From Candidatus Staskawiczbacteria bacterium (lineage in GTDB: Bacteria > Patescibacteriota > Minisyncoccia > Minisyncoccales > Staskawiczbacteraceae), in contig CAIKWD010000011.1 of NCBI GenBank assembly GCA_903831095.1, positions 5,706-69,705 on the forward strand: 64,000 nt of DNA. Reading direction: 5' to 3'. Shown here piece by piece: positions 9,789 to 19,478 of the stretch (position 1 is its first letter; each line of letters begins with the position of its first letter). The position numbers and the translations under genes are program-made. The notes beneath the pieces were generated by a model. It saw only the letters and a program-made list of their open reading frames with translations, searched no databases and had not been told where the DNA came from.

Positions 9789-11002
9789 TAAATATTTCCT
9801 AAAACCGAATATAACGGTCCTATTATGGAAACTGCAAAAACTCCAACAGCCGCGCCGATAATAACAATCATTGCAGGCTCAATAATTGCAGACAAATTTT
9901 CAGCTACGTTGGTAACTTCCTCCTCATAAAATTCTGCTAATTTTTTTAAAATTAAGGAAGTTTTTCCAGTTTCTTCTCCAATTTCCACCATTTCAATGGC
10001 TCCATAAGGAAAAATATCTTGATAAGGTTGCAAGCTGACAAACAACTTCTTACCTTTTTCTACATCTTTAGCAGCTCCAGAAAGAGCTTTTTTAAAATAA
10101 AAATTACTCACAATGCCAGAAGTTATTTGCAAAGACCTTATTAAGGGCACTCCTGAGGACAAAAGAGAACTCAAAGATCTTATCAACGCAGCTGAATTAC
10201 TTTTTTTTACCAAGGAAGAAACAAGAGGTATTTTTAAGGTGGCAGTATCTATTATAAACTTTCCCGTTTTTGTCTTTATTAAAAATAAAAATAAAATGCA
10301 CAAAACAATAAAAATTAAAATAAAAAAATACCAATACTGCATAACAAAATCTCCCGACCCAAGTATTATGCGGGTTGTAATTGGTAAATTGGCATGCAAA
10401 CTTGTAAAGAAAGTATTTATTTTTGGCAAAACAAATACTATAAGGAAAATACCCACAAATAACATTACAGTTATCAAAATAATTGGGTAAATAAGTGCTT
10501 TTTGTATTTTGGAATTCATTTCCTTTTCCTTCTCCAATTGTGAAGACAATACTTTAAGCACGTCTTCCAAAGTTCCAGATTCTTCTCCTGCTTGTATCAT
10601 ACTTTGAAATAAATCTGAAAAAATATCCGGATATTTTTTAAAAGAATCAGATAAATTTTTACCCTTACTTACATCTTGGCCGATACTAAGCAAGGCTGAC
10701 TTCATTTTTTTGCTTTTTGCCTGGGCAGACAAAATTGAAAACCCTTTTACCAAAGACAAACCTGTAGAGACCATTATCCACAAGTTTCTTGTCATTAACA
10801 TTTTTTCTGTTATGGAAACTTTTCCAGACAAAAAAGGTATATTAAATTTACCCTTTGTTTTGTTAACTTCAGAATCTGCTTTAACCAAAATCAAGCCCTC
10901 GCCTTTCAAGCTTTGAGCTAATTCCCTTATATCTTTTGCGTCTGCGTTTCCCATCTTTACCTGACCATCAAGAGACTTGGCAGTATATATGAAATTTGGC
11001 AT
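9788..11002 (-). CDS. pilC: Type IV pilus platform protein PilC (GspF family)
   Basis: 404 aa with the duplicated GspF-type cytoplasmic domain plus TM pattern (e.g. IQAGEESGTLEDVL and MVEIGEETGKTSLIL). Adjacent to pilB. Confidence 0.9.
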   Translation of the reverse strand: MPNFIYTAKSLDGQVKMGNADAKDIRELAQSLKGEGLILVKADSEVNKTKGKFNIPFLSGKVSITEKMLMTRNLWIMVSTGLSLVKGFSILSAQAKSKKMKSALLSIGQDVSKGKNLSDSFKKYPDIFSDLFQSMIQAGEESGTLEDVLKVLSSQLEKEKEMNSKIQKALIYPIILITVMLFVGIFLIVFVLPKINTFFTSLHANLPITTRIILGSGDFVMQYWYFFILIFIVLCILFLFLIKTKTGKFIIDTATLKIPLVSSLVKKSNSAALIRSLSSLLSSGVPLIRSLQITSGIVSNFYFKKALSGAAKDVEKGKKLFVSLQPYQDIFPYGAIEMVEIGEETGKTSLILKKLAEFYEEEVTNVAENLSAIIEPAMIVIIGAAVGVFAVSIIGPLYSVLGNI

Positions 11003-11027
11003 TATTTTATAAGTTTAAAATTTTCTG

Positions 11028-12779
11028 CTAATCCATTATCACGCGCAAAACTTCTTCTATTGAAGTTAATCCCCTTGCTGCCTTAACAAAACCGTCCTCA
11101 GCCATTGTCCGCATGCCATCTTGCACGGCCTGCTTTGTAATTTCAGCTGTTGAGGCTTTTTTATTTATCAAATCCTTTATTGCATTATTAATTGACAAAA
11201 CTTCAAAAATTCCTATTCTGCCTTTGTATCCTGAAACAGAATCTTTTGAAGGTTTAGGTCTGTAAAGCTCCAAATCTTTTATAGTGTCTTTTTCCTTTAA
11301 TATTTTTTCCTTCTTTAAAATACCAATCATTCTTTCCATGTCACAATATTTTTCCAAATTCTCAATGTCTGCAGGCTTTAATTTGTACTTTTCCTTTTCT
11401 CCGTAAAATTTTCTGACCAGCCTTTGCCCAATAATTATATTTATAGTTGAAGACAACAAAAATGGCTCTGTCCCCATGTCTATTAACCTTGGAATTGCTC
11501 CTCCAGCTTCTGTTGTGTGCAAAGTAGACAAAACCAAGTGTCCTGTCAAAGCTGCGTTAACAGCCAAGTCAGCAGTTTCCTTATCCCTGATTTCTCCAAC
11601 CATAATGACATTTGGGTCTTGCCTAACTAAAGACCGCAGTCCAGCAGCAAAAGTTAGCCCAATTTTTTCATTTACCTGAGTTTGGTTTATTCTTGGCATT
11701 CTGTACTCAACAGGATCTTCAATAGTGGAAATATTAACATTGGTTGTGTTTACAATTTCCATCATGGCGTAAAGCGTAGTTGTTTTTCCCGAACCAGTAG
11801 GCCCCGTAATAAGCACCATGCCTGTTGTTTTTAACAAACTCTTTTTTACCTTTTCCAAAGCTTCTCCAGAAAATCCTGAAGCTTCTAAAGAATAAGTTCC
11901 TGTGTCTTCAGCCAAAAGCCTCATAACAATTTTTTCTCCGTTTAAAACTGGTAAAACCGAAACTCTAATAGAATATTTGAAATCTTCAGTTTCAATTTTA
12001 AACCTTCCGTCTTGAGGAAGTCTGTGTTCGTCAAGCTTTAAATTGGACAAAACTTTTATTCTAGCAACAATTCCAGAAGCAGTGCTTGCTGGCAAAGACA
12101 TAACATCGTGCAATATGCCGTCTATTCTGTACCTTACAATAACTTCTTTTTCCAAAGGTTCAATATGCACATCTGAAGTTCTCTGCAAAATAGCGTGTTT
12201 TAACAAGGAATCTACAACCCTGATAATGGAAACTTCCTCGGCTGCTTTTTGCATTTCTTCCTTTCCCCCATGAGATTCTTCCTCTTTTATGTGCTTTATT
12301 GCCCCGGTTCCACCTTTCATGATGTCTCCAAATTCAGTTTCCAATGTTTCCTGATATTGTGACAAGGCATTTTTAATGCTTTCAGGAGTGGTCAGCCGGG
12401 CTAAAATTTTAAAAGATGGCGCAATTTTTTTTATGAACTCAATAGTTCTTAAATCTTCTGGGTCTAACATAGCCACTTCAAGATTATTGTCTTTCTTATT
12501 GAAAGAAACAATATTATGAGCCCTGGCAATTGATTCTGGAATAATCTTCAAAACATCTGAGGGAATTGTTTCCTCTTCTAGATTTATAAATGGTATGCCT
12601 AAAATGTAAGCTTCAATTTTTATAAGTTCTTTCTCAGAAATCAATTCCTCAGAAACCAAAACCTCTCCAATCCATTTCTTGGATTTTTCGCTTTTTGCCT
12701 TGGCCTCTTCAAGTTTCTTAGCATCTATAAGCCCGGCATCCAAAATAAATTGTTCAAGTTTTTTTGGTTCAACCTTCAT
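11028..12779 (-). CDS. pilB: Type IV pilus assembly ATPase PilB (GspE family)
   Basis: Walker A GPTGSGKTTT, Walker B/Asp box VMVGEIRD, His box TGHLVLSTLHT, and an N-terminal GspE-N type domain. Confidence 0.9.
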   Translation of the reverse strand: MKVEPKKLEQFILDAGLIDAKKLEEAKAKSEKSKKWIGEVLVSEELISEKELIKIEAYILGIPFINLEEETIPSDVLKIIPESIARAHNIVSFNKKDNNLEVAMLDPEDLRTIEFIKKIAPSFKILARLTTPESIKNALSQYQETLETEFGDIMKGGTGAIKHIKEEESHGGKEEMQKAAEEVSIIRVVDSLLKHAILQRTSDVHIEPLEKEVIVRYRIDGILHDVMSLPASTASGIVARIKVLSNLKLDEHRLPQDGRFKIETEDFKYSIRVSVLPVLNGEKIVMRLLAEDTGTYSLEASGFSGEALEKVKKSLLKTTGMVLITGPTGSGKTTTLYAMMEIVNTTNVNISTIEDPVEYRMPRINQTQVNEKIGLTFAAGLRSLVRQDPNVIMVGEIRDKETADLAVNAALTGHLVLSTLHTTEAGGAIPRLIDMGTEPFLLSSTINIIIGQRLVRKFYGEKEKYKLKPADIENLEKYCDMERMIGILKKEKILKEKDTIKDLELYRPKPSKDSVSGYKGRIGIFEVLSINNAIKDLINKKASTAEITKQAVQDGMRTMAEDGFVKAARGLTSIEEVLRVIMD

Positions 12780-12792
12780 AAAATTTTGAAAA

Positions 12793-13179
12793 TTACTTCA
12801 AACCAAGCTTTTCCTTAACTTTATCTACAATTTCACTTATTCTCAAATCAGCCTTAACCAAATAGTGAAACCCCATTTCTTCAATACTCCGGGTATAAGC
12901 TACATCCTTCATATTAGTTAAAAAAATAATTGGCACATTCTTGTCAGACAATCTTATTTTCTTTGCCATTTCCAAACCATCTACTTTGGGCATTAAAATG
13001 TCCGACAAAATTAAATCGGGCTTTTCCTTTTCTGCAATTACAACGCCCTCTTCACCATCACCGGCTTTTACAACAGAAAAGCCCTCACTTTTAAACTTTA
13101 GTTCCAAAATTGAACTAAAGTCCTCATCATCCTCTACAATTAATATTTTTTTACCTATATTATCTATTTTCTCTGCCAT
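12793..13179 (-). CDS. Single-domain response regulator (CheY-like receiver)
   Basis: KKILIVEDDEDF...PDLILSDILMPKVDGLE...PIIFLTN receiver motifs, 128 aa, no output domain. Paralogous to 19479-19874. Confidence 0.85.
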   Translation of the reverse strand: MAEKIDNIGKKILIVEDDEDFSSILELKFKSEGFSVVKAGDGEEGVVIAEKEKPDLILSDILMPKVDGLEMAKKIRLSDKNVPIIFLTNMKDVAYTRSIEEMGFHYLVKADLRISEIVDKVKEKLGLK

Positions 13180-13219
13180 TTTTTTATCTTTATTTTCTTA
13201 ATTATATAATTTAAAAAGG

Positions 13220-14878
13220 CTAAGCGCCAGGCTTGTTTTCAACTGGTTTCTCCACAGCTGCTTTCACTTCCTGTTTTACCGGCAACTCAATATTAAATGT
13301 AGAACCTTTGCCCTCGCCTTCGGACTCTGCCCAAATTTTGCCATTGTGAGCCTTGATAATTTGATTGGACAAATATAAGCCAATTCCCCTGCCAGAAACA
13401 AAGGTTTTCTTGGCCTCATCGGTTCTCTCAAAAGTGCTGTCAAACAATTTTGCCAATCTTTCCTTGGCAATTCCCATGCCAGTATCCTGAATTTCAATTT
13501 TTACTTTTTCACCAATAACTTTCATTCTCATTGTGACTCCGCCTTCCTTTGTATATTTTACCGAGTTGTCAAAAATATTAACCAAAGCTGCCTTAAGTTT
13601 TGATTCGTCAGCTGTAATTAAGAAATCTCCAGCTGGCTTTTCCAAAGCAAGCTTAATTCCCTTCTTTTCTGCTTCAAGCTTTATGTCGCTCACAATTTCT
13701 TCCAATATTGGAGGCAAATTTATTCCATCTTTAAGCGAAATAACCTGTTTGCCCAATTGAAACTGAGTAATATCCAAAAAGTCGTTTACCATTTTTATCA
13801 AGCTGGTCGTGGAAACCTCAAACCTTTTTATAACTTCCTCAATTTTCTTTGGCACTTTGCCAAATGTCCCGCTGAGCAACAAATCTGCATAACCTCTCAT
13901 AGATGTGAGAGGTGTTCGCAAGTGATGCTGAATTGTCATTAAAAACTGATTCTTAACCTCAGCCAACTGCTTTAATTCATAATTTGCCTGCCTTTCAATC
14001 ACATAAGCTTTTTCCAATTCTTTCTCAATCTTCTCAATCTTCTCCCTTTGCTTAACTTCTTTTATTACGCTTCTAATAAGCAAAATACCAACGACTACTG
14101 CAGCTATTAGAATACAAATGTTCAATGCTAAATCGCGCGGATTTTCCGAAACAAATATTTTTATAAACAAAGTTATCCAAAGAGCAAAATTAAATAATTC
14201 AGTTGCGATAACTTTGATATTAAATAAGTGATGCTTAAAAACAGCGTAACTTATAAAAACTATGTAAAAAATTACAAAACAATTACCTATTGCATAAGTA
14301 TTAATATCAAAATCCAGAAGAAAATTTGTCGAACCTCCTGCAAAACCAATCAATGCTGCATAATATACAAACTGTATTTGCTTTTGCATAGCGCCTTCAT
14401 ATTTTTTTGAATCGGCCTTAAGTAAAATAACAGAATAAACAGCATAAAATGCAAAATAAAGTAAAAATAAAAAATACAAAGAGCCAGTTTGAACCGGCCA
14501 ATAACCAAAATCTGCTCTGTTTTTAACTCCTAATATGAAAAGATTACTAAAAGAAAGAAGTAAAAATAAAAAAGCTAAAATAAAACCCGCTACTAACGAT
14601 TTTTTGTTTTTTCTCTCAAGTAAATTAACACAAAAATAAAAGAAAAATATAGGAATTAATATAGTCCCAATATATAATATTCTCTGCCAAAAAAGAGCAC
14701 TTTCTTTATCACCAACAATAATTGTCCCATATAAACCTATTTGCCATATAAGAATAGACAAACAAGTAAAGAACCAAGCAATATTACTTTTACCTTTAAT
14801 ATTATTTAGAAGAATAACACAACACATTATTGCTGTAAAAAGTGCTGTTATAATACATGAAATAGCAAAAAGGTTCAT
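13220..14878 (-). CDS. Sensor histidine kinase with multi-TM (7TM-type) N-terminal domain
   Basis: About 280 aa of repeated TM helices. H-box follows (FLMTIQHHLRTPLTSMRGYADLL), then N/G boxes (IFDNSVKYT, DTGMGI, GRGIGL). Confidence 0.85.
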   Translation of the reverse strand: MNLFAISCIITALFTAIMCCVILLNNIKGKSNIAWFFTCLSILIWQIGLYGTIIVGDKESALFWQRILYIGTILIPIFFFYFCVNLLERKNKKSLVAGFILAFLFLLLSFSNLFILGVKNRADFGYWPVQTGSLYFLFLLYFAFYAVYSVILLKADSKKYEGAMQKQIQFVYYAALIGFAGGSTNFLLDFDINTYAIGNCFVIFYIVFISYAVFKHHLFNIKVIATELFNFALWITLFIKIFVSENPRDLALNICILIAAVVVGILLIRSVIKEVKQREKIEKIEKELEKAYVIERQANYELKQLAEVKNQFLMTIQHHLRTPLTSMRGYADLLLSGTFGKVPKKIEEVIKRFEVSTTSLIKMVNDFLDITQFQLGKQVISLKDGINLPPILEEIVSDIKLEAEKKGIKLALEKPAGDFLITADESKLKAALVNIFDNSVKYTKEGGVTMRMKVIGEKVKIEIQDTGMGIAKERLAKLFDSTFERTDEAKKTFVSGRGIGLYLSNQIIKAHNGKIWAESEGEGKGSTFNIELPVKQEVKAAVEKPVENKPGA

Positions 14879-14880
14879 TT

Positions 14881-15528
14881 CTATTTTGCAATTAATGTTA
14901 ATAATTTCTCCGTAAGACTGTTCTTAGTATCTACTTTTTCAACTTTCTCTTTGCTTATTATAAAAGCTATATGCGTATCTTTTTTCATTTCCAAAAGATC
15001 ATTTGCAACAATTAGGTCAGCATTTGAATTTGTCATACTTTTTTTTGCAATTTTTATAAGCTCTTTTTCTTTAACACCTACCTGCAATTTAAACTTTACC
15101 AAAAATACAGAAGGATCCCATTTTTTAATGTAATCAACAATTTTAACTGTTGGCTTTAATTTTATAGTCAAATCTTTTTTCCCAGACTTTATTTTCCCTT
15201 TAAAAACCTTCTCTGGAACATAGTCTGGCACTGCTGCTGAATGTATCACAACGTCGTATTTTTTTGAAGATATTTCTTTTTTCATCAAGGAAAACAATTC
15301 ATCAAAATATTTAAATTTAACAACCTTTAAATTTTCACTTTCCTCAATTTTTACACGCCCAGGACCCATCAAAAATAAAACATCAGCTCCCATGTCTTTA
15401 GCTTTTTCTGCTATAACTGTTCCCAAAGTGCCTCCAAAAACACTGGTAATAATTCTAACTCTGTCTATTGGCACCCAGACTGGTCCTGACGTAATTAATA
15501 TTTTTTTCCCTTTTAAAATTTCTTCCAT
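14881..15528 (-). CDS. coaB: Phosphopantothenate-cysteine ligase (stand-alone CoaB)
   Basis: ILITSGPVWVPIDRVRIITSVFGGTLG matches the CoaB-domain signature ITAGPTxEPxDPVRxISNxSSGKMG (recalled). AAVPDY and IVAND motifs are also present. Confidence 0.75.
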   Translation of the reverse strand: MEEILKGKKILITSGPVWVPIDRVRIITSVFGGTLGTVIAEKAKDMGADVLFLMGPGRVKIEESENLKVVKFKYFDELFSLMKKEISSKKYDVVIHSAAVPDYVPEKVFKGKIKSGKKDLTIKLKPTVKIVDYIKKWDPSVFLVKFKLQVGVKEKELIKIAKKSMTNSNADLIVANDLLEMKKDTHIAFIISKEKVEKVDTKNSLTEKLLTLIAK

Positions 15529-16293
15529 TTAATTTGATTTTATATTTCTAAAAGCTGAGGTTAATTTGAACAAATAAAAATAAATTGGATATTTTTCTCT
15601 TAAATACTTTTTAAATAAAATCTCAACCTCATTAGCTCCAGAAACTCTTATATTATTATTCCTAACAAAATTAACATAAATATTTGCTACCTTTAACAAT
15701 AACCCCCTGGCATTTTTTGGTTTTTTTTCTATTAATACATCTATGTCAGCTTCGGGAAATTTATTGCTTATTATGTCATTCTCACTCAAATTAATAACTG
15801 AATCTACATATCCATCCCATTCAATAAGCTTGCTGGTCGGATTAAAATATGATGTATTATATGCAAGATTCTTATCAACATCTGGATCAACTTTTATCCA
15901 TTTGTTTTCCAGATAAACTAATGGATATATGTGAGTTGAAATCTCACCAATAAATTTTCTCAGCATTTCCAAAGCTATTGGACCAAAATAAGTTTGGCCG
16001 TAAACTTTCATAACTCCATAACCAGCTGGTATTTTTTTATATCTTAATAAAGAAACTAATAAATTTGCTTTGTTTGTACATGTGCCCTTTCTTTCAGTTA
16101 GAGTTTCTGAAGCTTTCTTTTGCCAATTCCCAACCGAATATAAAATATTATCCCTTACCCAATAAAAAGCAGAAACTGCAAATTCCCTATCGCCTTTACA
16201 GTTTTTCCCTATTTGTTCAGCTAATTCTGTAATATTATTATTTGAAAAATCACAGAATTTTGTTTCTTTTAAAAAACTCTCAACATTATCCAT
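15529..16293 (-). CDS. Transglutaminase-like cysteine protease superfamily protein
   Basis: Cys motif RKGTCTNKANLLVSLLRYKKIPAGY, and a His/Asp region HIYPLVYLENKWIKVDPD. Its ATG directly follows the coaC TAA, and its TAA directly precedes the coaB ATG. Confidence 0.75.
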   Translation of the reverse strand: MDNVESFLKETKFCDFSNNNITELAEQIGKNCKGDREFAVSAFYWVRDNILYSVGNWQKKASETLTERKGTCTNKANLLVSLLRYKKIPAGYGVMKVYGQTYFGPIALEMLRKFIGEISTHIYPLVYLENKWIKVDPDVDKNLAYNTSYFNPTSKLIEWDGYVDSVINLSENDIISNKFPEADIDVLIEKKPKNARGLLLKVANIYVNFVRNNNIRVSGANEVEILFKKYLREKYPIYFYLFKLTSAFRNIKSN

Positions 16294-16848
16294 TTATTTT
16301 TTTGCCAAAATTTTTCTGGCCTCCTCCAAAATGTCGTCATTGTCTGCTATTTTTCCTGCTCCCTCATCTCTACATGCCAAAATTCCCTTTCTGGTTTCTA
16401 CAAACTTATATTTTTTATATCCTACCAATGTTTCTATATTCCTTTGAGTAATGGGATTTTCCCACATATTTGTATTCATGGCTGGAACTATCAAAACATC
16501 TGTTTCTTTTGGAAGAGCCATTATTACTGTTGTTAAAAGATTGTCTGCTATTCCACAGGCAACTTTACCAATTACGCTGGCAGTAGCAGGAGAAATAATC
16601 ATAATATCTGCCCATTTTGCCAAAGAAATATGTTCAACTTCTTCCTTATTATAAGTTTGCCACATATCAATATACACAGGGTGATTTGTTAAAGCTTGAA
16701 AAGTCAAAGGAGTTACAAATTTTGTTGCCCCCTCCGTCATAATTACTTTGACATCTGCTCCCTCTTTTAAAAACATATTCACCAAAGAACATGTCTTATA
16801 AGCTGCTATTCCACCTGTAACTCCAATTAATATTTTTCGATTTTTCAT
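16294..16848 (-). CDS. coaC: Phosphopantothenoylcysteine decarboxylase flavoprotein (stand-alone CoaC)
   Basis: KILIGVTGGIAAYK..., PATASVIGKVACGIADNLL and PAMNTNMW are flavoprotein/CoaC signatures. Confidence 0.85.
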   Translation of the reverse strand: MKNRKILIGVTGGIAAYKTCSLVNMFLKEGADVKVIMTEGATKFVTPLTFQALTNHPVYIDMWQTYNKEEVEHISLAKWADIMIISPATASVIGKVACGIADNLLTTVIMALPKETDVLIVPAMNTNMWENPITQRNIETLVGYKKYKFVETRKGILACRDEGAGKIADNDDILEEARKILAKK

Positions 16849-16877
16849 GTTATTTACTTAATTAATTTTATAATGTA

Positions 16878-16906
16878 ATTATCGCTTATTTTTGGGCATT
16901 TTTCAA
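16878..16906 (-). promoter_or_regulatory. Candidate sigma70-type promoter upstream of coaC and the long pilus cluster
   Basis: The minus strand reads TTGAAA-N17-GATAAT (plus-strand tttcaa at 16901-16906, attatc at 16878-16883), about 30 nt upstream of the coaC ATG. Sequence match only. Confidence 0.35.
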
Positions 16907-16911
16907 TTTAA

Positions 16912-18672
16912 TTATCCACACCCATTTTTGAGCTTGTTGTCATACATGCAATCAATAGTTTTCTGGTAATGCTTCTCTATAATATGCCTTCTTAATTTGA
17001 GTGTTGCAGTAAGTTCTTCTTTTTCCTGAGAAAATTCCTGAGGCAAAATTGCAAATTTCCTAATTTGCTCAAACTCGTGTAAATTGGGATTTATTTTATC
17101 ATTAATTCTATCTTGAATAATTTTCAGAAGAACAGGATTTTTTATCATCTTTTCATGCTCTTCCAATTTAATGTTGTTTTGTTTGAAGTAAATTTCCACT
17201 TCCTGCCAATCTGGAACTATTAAGGCAGAAATAAACTTGCGTTTGTTTCCTATAGCCATGGCCTGGGAAATAAAACGATCGTTATTTAAAAAGTTTTCAA
17301 CTTTTTCTGGAGAAACATTCTTGCCACCAGAAGTTATAATCATTTCCTTTGACCTGCCAGTAACAGTCAAAAAGCCGTCCTTATCAATAAAACCAAGGTC
17401 ACCAGTGTAAAACCAGCCTTCTTTGTCAAAGCATTTTGCAGTTTCGTCTTTATTATTATAATATTCGCAAAAAACATTTGGACCTTTAACTAAAATCTGC
17501 TTTTCCCTGGTAATTTTCAATTCAACATCGGGAAGCACTTTTCCAACAGTTCCAAAACGAAAATTTTCAACTAAATTCAAAGCTATGACAGGAGAGGTTT
17601 CTGTCAATCCATAACCTTCTATAATTAAAATTCCAATTTTAGAAAAAAACTTGGCAATATTGTCGCTCAGGGAAGCTCCGCCAGAAACAATAAAACGAAA
17701 ATTACCCCCCATTTGATTTCTTATTTTTTTAAATACAAGAATATTAGCCAGCTTATATGATAGTGTGTCTTTCTTTTGTTTTAGAGCCCATTTAAAAATA
17801 ACTTTCTTAAATTTTGATGAGCTGTTAATTTTGTCCCAAACTGCGTCGTAAAATTTTTCAAAAACCCGTGGGACCGAAACCATTATGGTTGGCTTGATTT
17901 CCTTTAAATTAACCGGCAATTGTTTTATACCTTCGGCATAAGCAATGGTAGACCCGCAATAAATAGGAGTGTAATATCCTGCCAGCCTTTCCAAAACATG
18001 AGACAATGGCAAAAAAGACAAAAAAACATCGCTTTCCCTTATTGGTACAGCTTTATTTATTGATTCTATATTGCTTATAAAATTACTATGCGATAAAACA
18101 ACTCCTTTTGGATCTCCAGTAGTTCCCGACGTATATATTATAGAACAACAGGCATTGGCATCTAAAAATATTTTTTCATTTTTTGTTTTGTAATTTTTAG
18201 AAAAAATATCGCTCCAGCCAATTATTTTGCTGCCAAGTTTTTCCTTTTGAGAATTTGCAAGGTTATCAATAAAAATTATTTTCTCAACTTTTTTAAGGTC
18301 ATTTTCCTCAAGCAAAATTTTATTCAGAAGGTCTCCACTAGAAACAACAACAACTTTTGCTTCGCAATGGTTTAAAACCGCACAGACAGCCCTAGGATTA
18401 AATGTTGTATGTAAAGGCACTGTAACGGCCCCAATAGACATTACTGCCAGGTCAGAAATTGCCCATTCAGGCCTGTTTTCAGACAAAATTGCCACCTTGT
18501 CTCCCTTGCCCAGCCCCAAAGTCAAAAGATAAGAGCTAAAAACTTCAACTTTTTGAGCAAATTCCGCATAGCTTATAGGAAAATAAACACCCTCTTTCTT
18601 ATACAAGAGAGCGGGCTTATTTGGATATTTCCTTGCGTTTTCAAAAAATATTTCCGGGATTGTCTTGTTCAT
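16912..18672 (-). CDS. Long-chain fatty-acid-CoA ligase (AMP-forming acyl-CoA synthetase family)
   Basis: AMP-binding signature IIYTSGTTGDPKGVVLSH, plus later GYGLTETS and TGDLG motifs. 586 aa. Confidence 0.85.
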   Translation of the reverse strand: MNKTIPEIFFENARKYPNKPALLYKKEGVYFPISYAEFAQKVEVFSSYLLTLGLGKGDKVAILSENRPEWAISDLAVMSIGAVTVPLHTTFNPRAVCAVLNHCEAKVVVVSSGDLLNKILLEENDLKKVEKIIFIDNLANSQKEKLGSKIIGWSDIFSKNYKTKNEKIFLDANACCSIIYTSGTTGDPKGVVLSHSNFISNIESINKAVPIRESDVFLSFLPLSHVLERLAGYYTPIYCGSTIAYAEGIKQLPVNLKEIKPTIMVSVPRVFEKFYDAVWDKINSSSKFKKVIFKWALKQKKDTLSYKLANILVFKKIRNQMGGNFRFIVSGGASLSDNIAKFFSKIGILIIEGYGLTETSPVIALNLVENFRFGTVGKVLPDVELKITREKQILVKGPNVFCEYYNNKDETAKCFDKEGWFYTGDLGFIDKDGFLTVTGRSKEMIITSGGKNVSPEKVENFLNNDRFISQAMAIGNKRKFISALIVPDWQEVEIYFKQNNIKLEEHEKMIKNPVLLKIIQDRINDKINPNLHEFEQIRKFAILPQEFSQEKEELTATLKLRRHIIEKHYQKTIDCMYDNKLKNGCG

Positions 18673-19421
18673 TTTATCCCCTTTATAAATTCGTAAATTT
18701 TAGAAAACAAATCTTCATTTCCTCCACCAACAATATCGTGTTTTTTATAATTAAACCAAAAAATTTCTCTAATAGACGAACCAACATTATTAAAAATATA
18801 CTCAACGCTTTTTGGGTGAACTAATGGGTCAAAACTTGCAGACGCAATTAAAATAGGAACTTTAATTTTCTGCAGATTTGGTTTTGTCTCTTTCTCAACA
18901 AATGAAATAAATTCAACAACATTTTTTATAGGTAAAAATGGATAAGCAATATTATCAACAACACTTTTTGGCTTACGCTTGAAAAACCTGAATGGTTTTT
19001 TATAATATTTCATAAATCTGCCATAAGTAAAAAGACGAAGCTTTATCAAATTATGGAATCTAAGATATATTGGGGCGCCAAGCACAACTATTCCTGCAGG
19101 CTCATTATTTAACTCCTTCAAAAGCCACATACCCAAATTGGCCCCAAATGAATTGCCAACAATAAATATTTTGTCAGATATTTTTTTCAATTCTGCATAC
19201 GCGTCCATCACAGACTTTGTCCAATCTTTTGGCGAGGTGTTGATAAAATCCTCTGGAGAAGTTCCATGTCCAGCAATTACTGGGGCTGATATGTTATATC
19301 CCTTTTCAGACAAATAAACTGCCAATTTTTCAAACTGCCTTGGAGCACTAGAAAAACCATGAAGCATTAAAATGCCCACTTTTGAATTATTATTTATGAA
19401 AATAGGCTTCTCTGTTTTCAT
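18669..19421 (-). CDS. Alpha/beta hydrolase (carboxylesterase/lysophospholipase-like)
   Basis: ILMLHGFSSAPRQF...GHG, then nucleophile elbow GNSFGA. The stop overlaps the acyl-CoA ligase start (ATGA). The track start at 19439 is TTG and overlaps a terminator hairpin; the first ATG (MKTEKP) is at 19421. Confidence 0.75.
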   Translation of the reverse strand: MKTEKPIFINNNSKVGILMLHGFSSAPRQFEKLAVYLSEKGYNISAPVIAGHGTSPEDFINTSPKDWTKSVMDAYAELKKISDKIFIVGNSFGANLGMWLLKELNNEPAGIVVLGAPIYLRFHNLIKLRLFTYGRFMKYYKKPFRFFKRKPKSVVDNIAYPFLPIKNVVEFISFVEKETKPNLQKIKVPILIASASFDPLVHPKSVEYIFNNVGSSIREIFWFNYKKHDIVGGGNEDLFSKIYEFIKGIK

Positions 19422-19440
19422 TGTTCTATTATAGCACAAA

Positions 19441-19466
19441 ACCCAAGCTAAAAGCCTGGGTTTTTA
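19441..19466 (-). terminator. Rho-independent terminator after the response regulator gene
   Basis: Minus strand: AAAAACCCAGGC-TTTTA-GCTTGGGTTTTGTG (8-bp stem with one mismatch, then a U-run). Confidence 0.5.
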
Positions 19467-19478
19467 ATATGCACAAAA

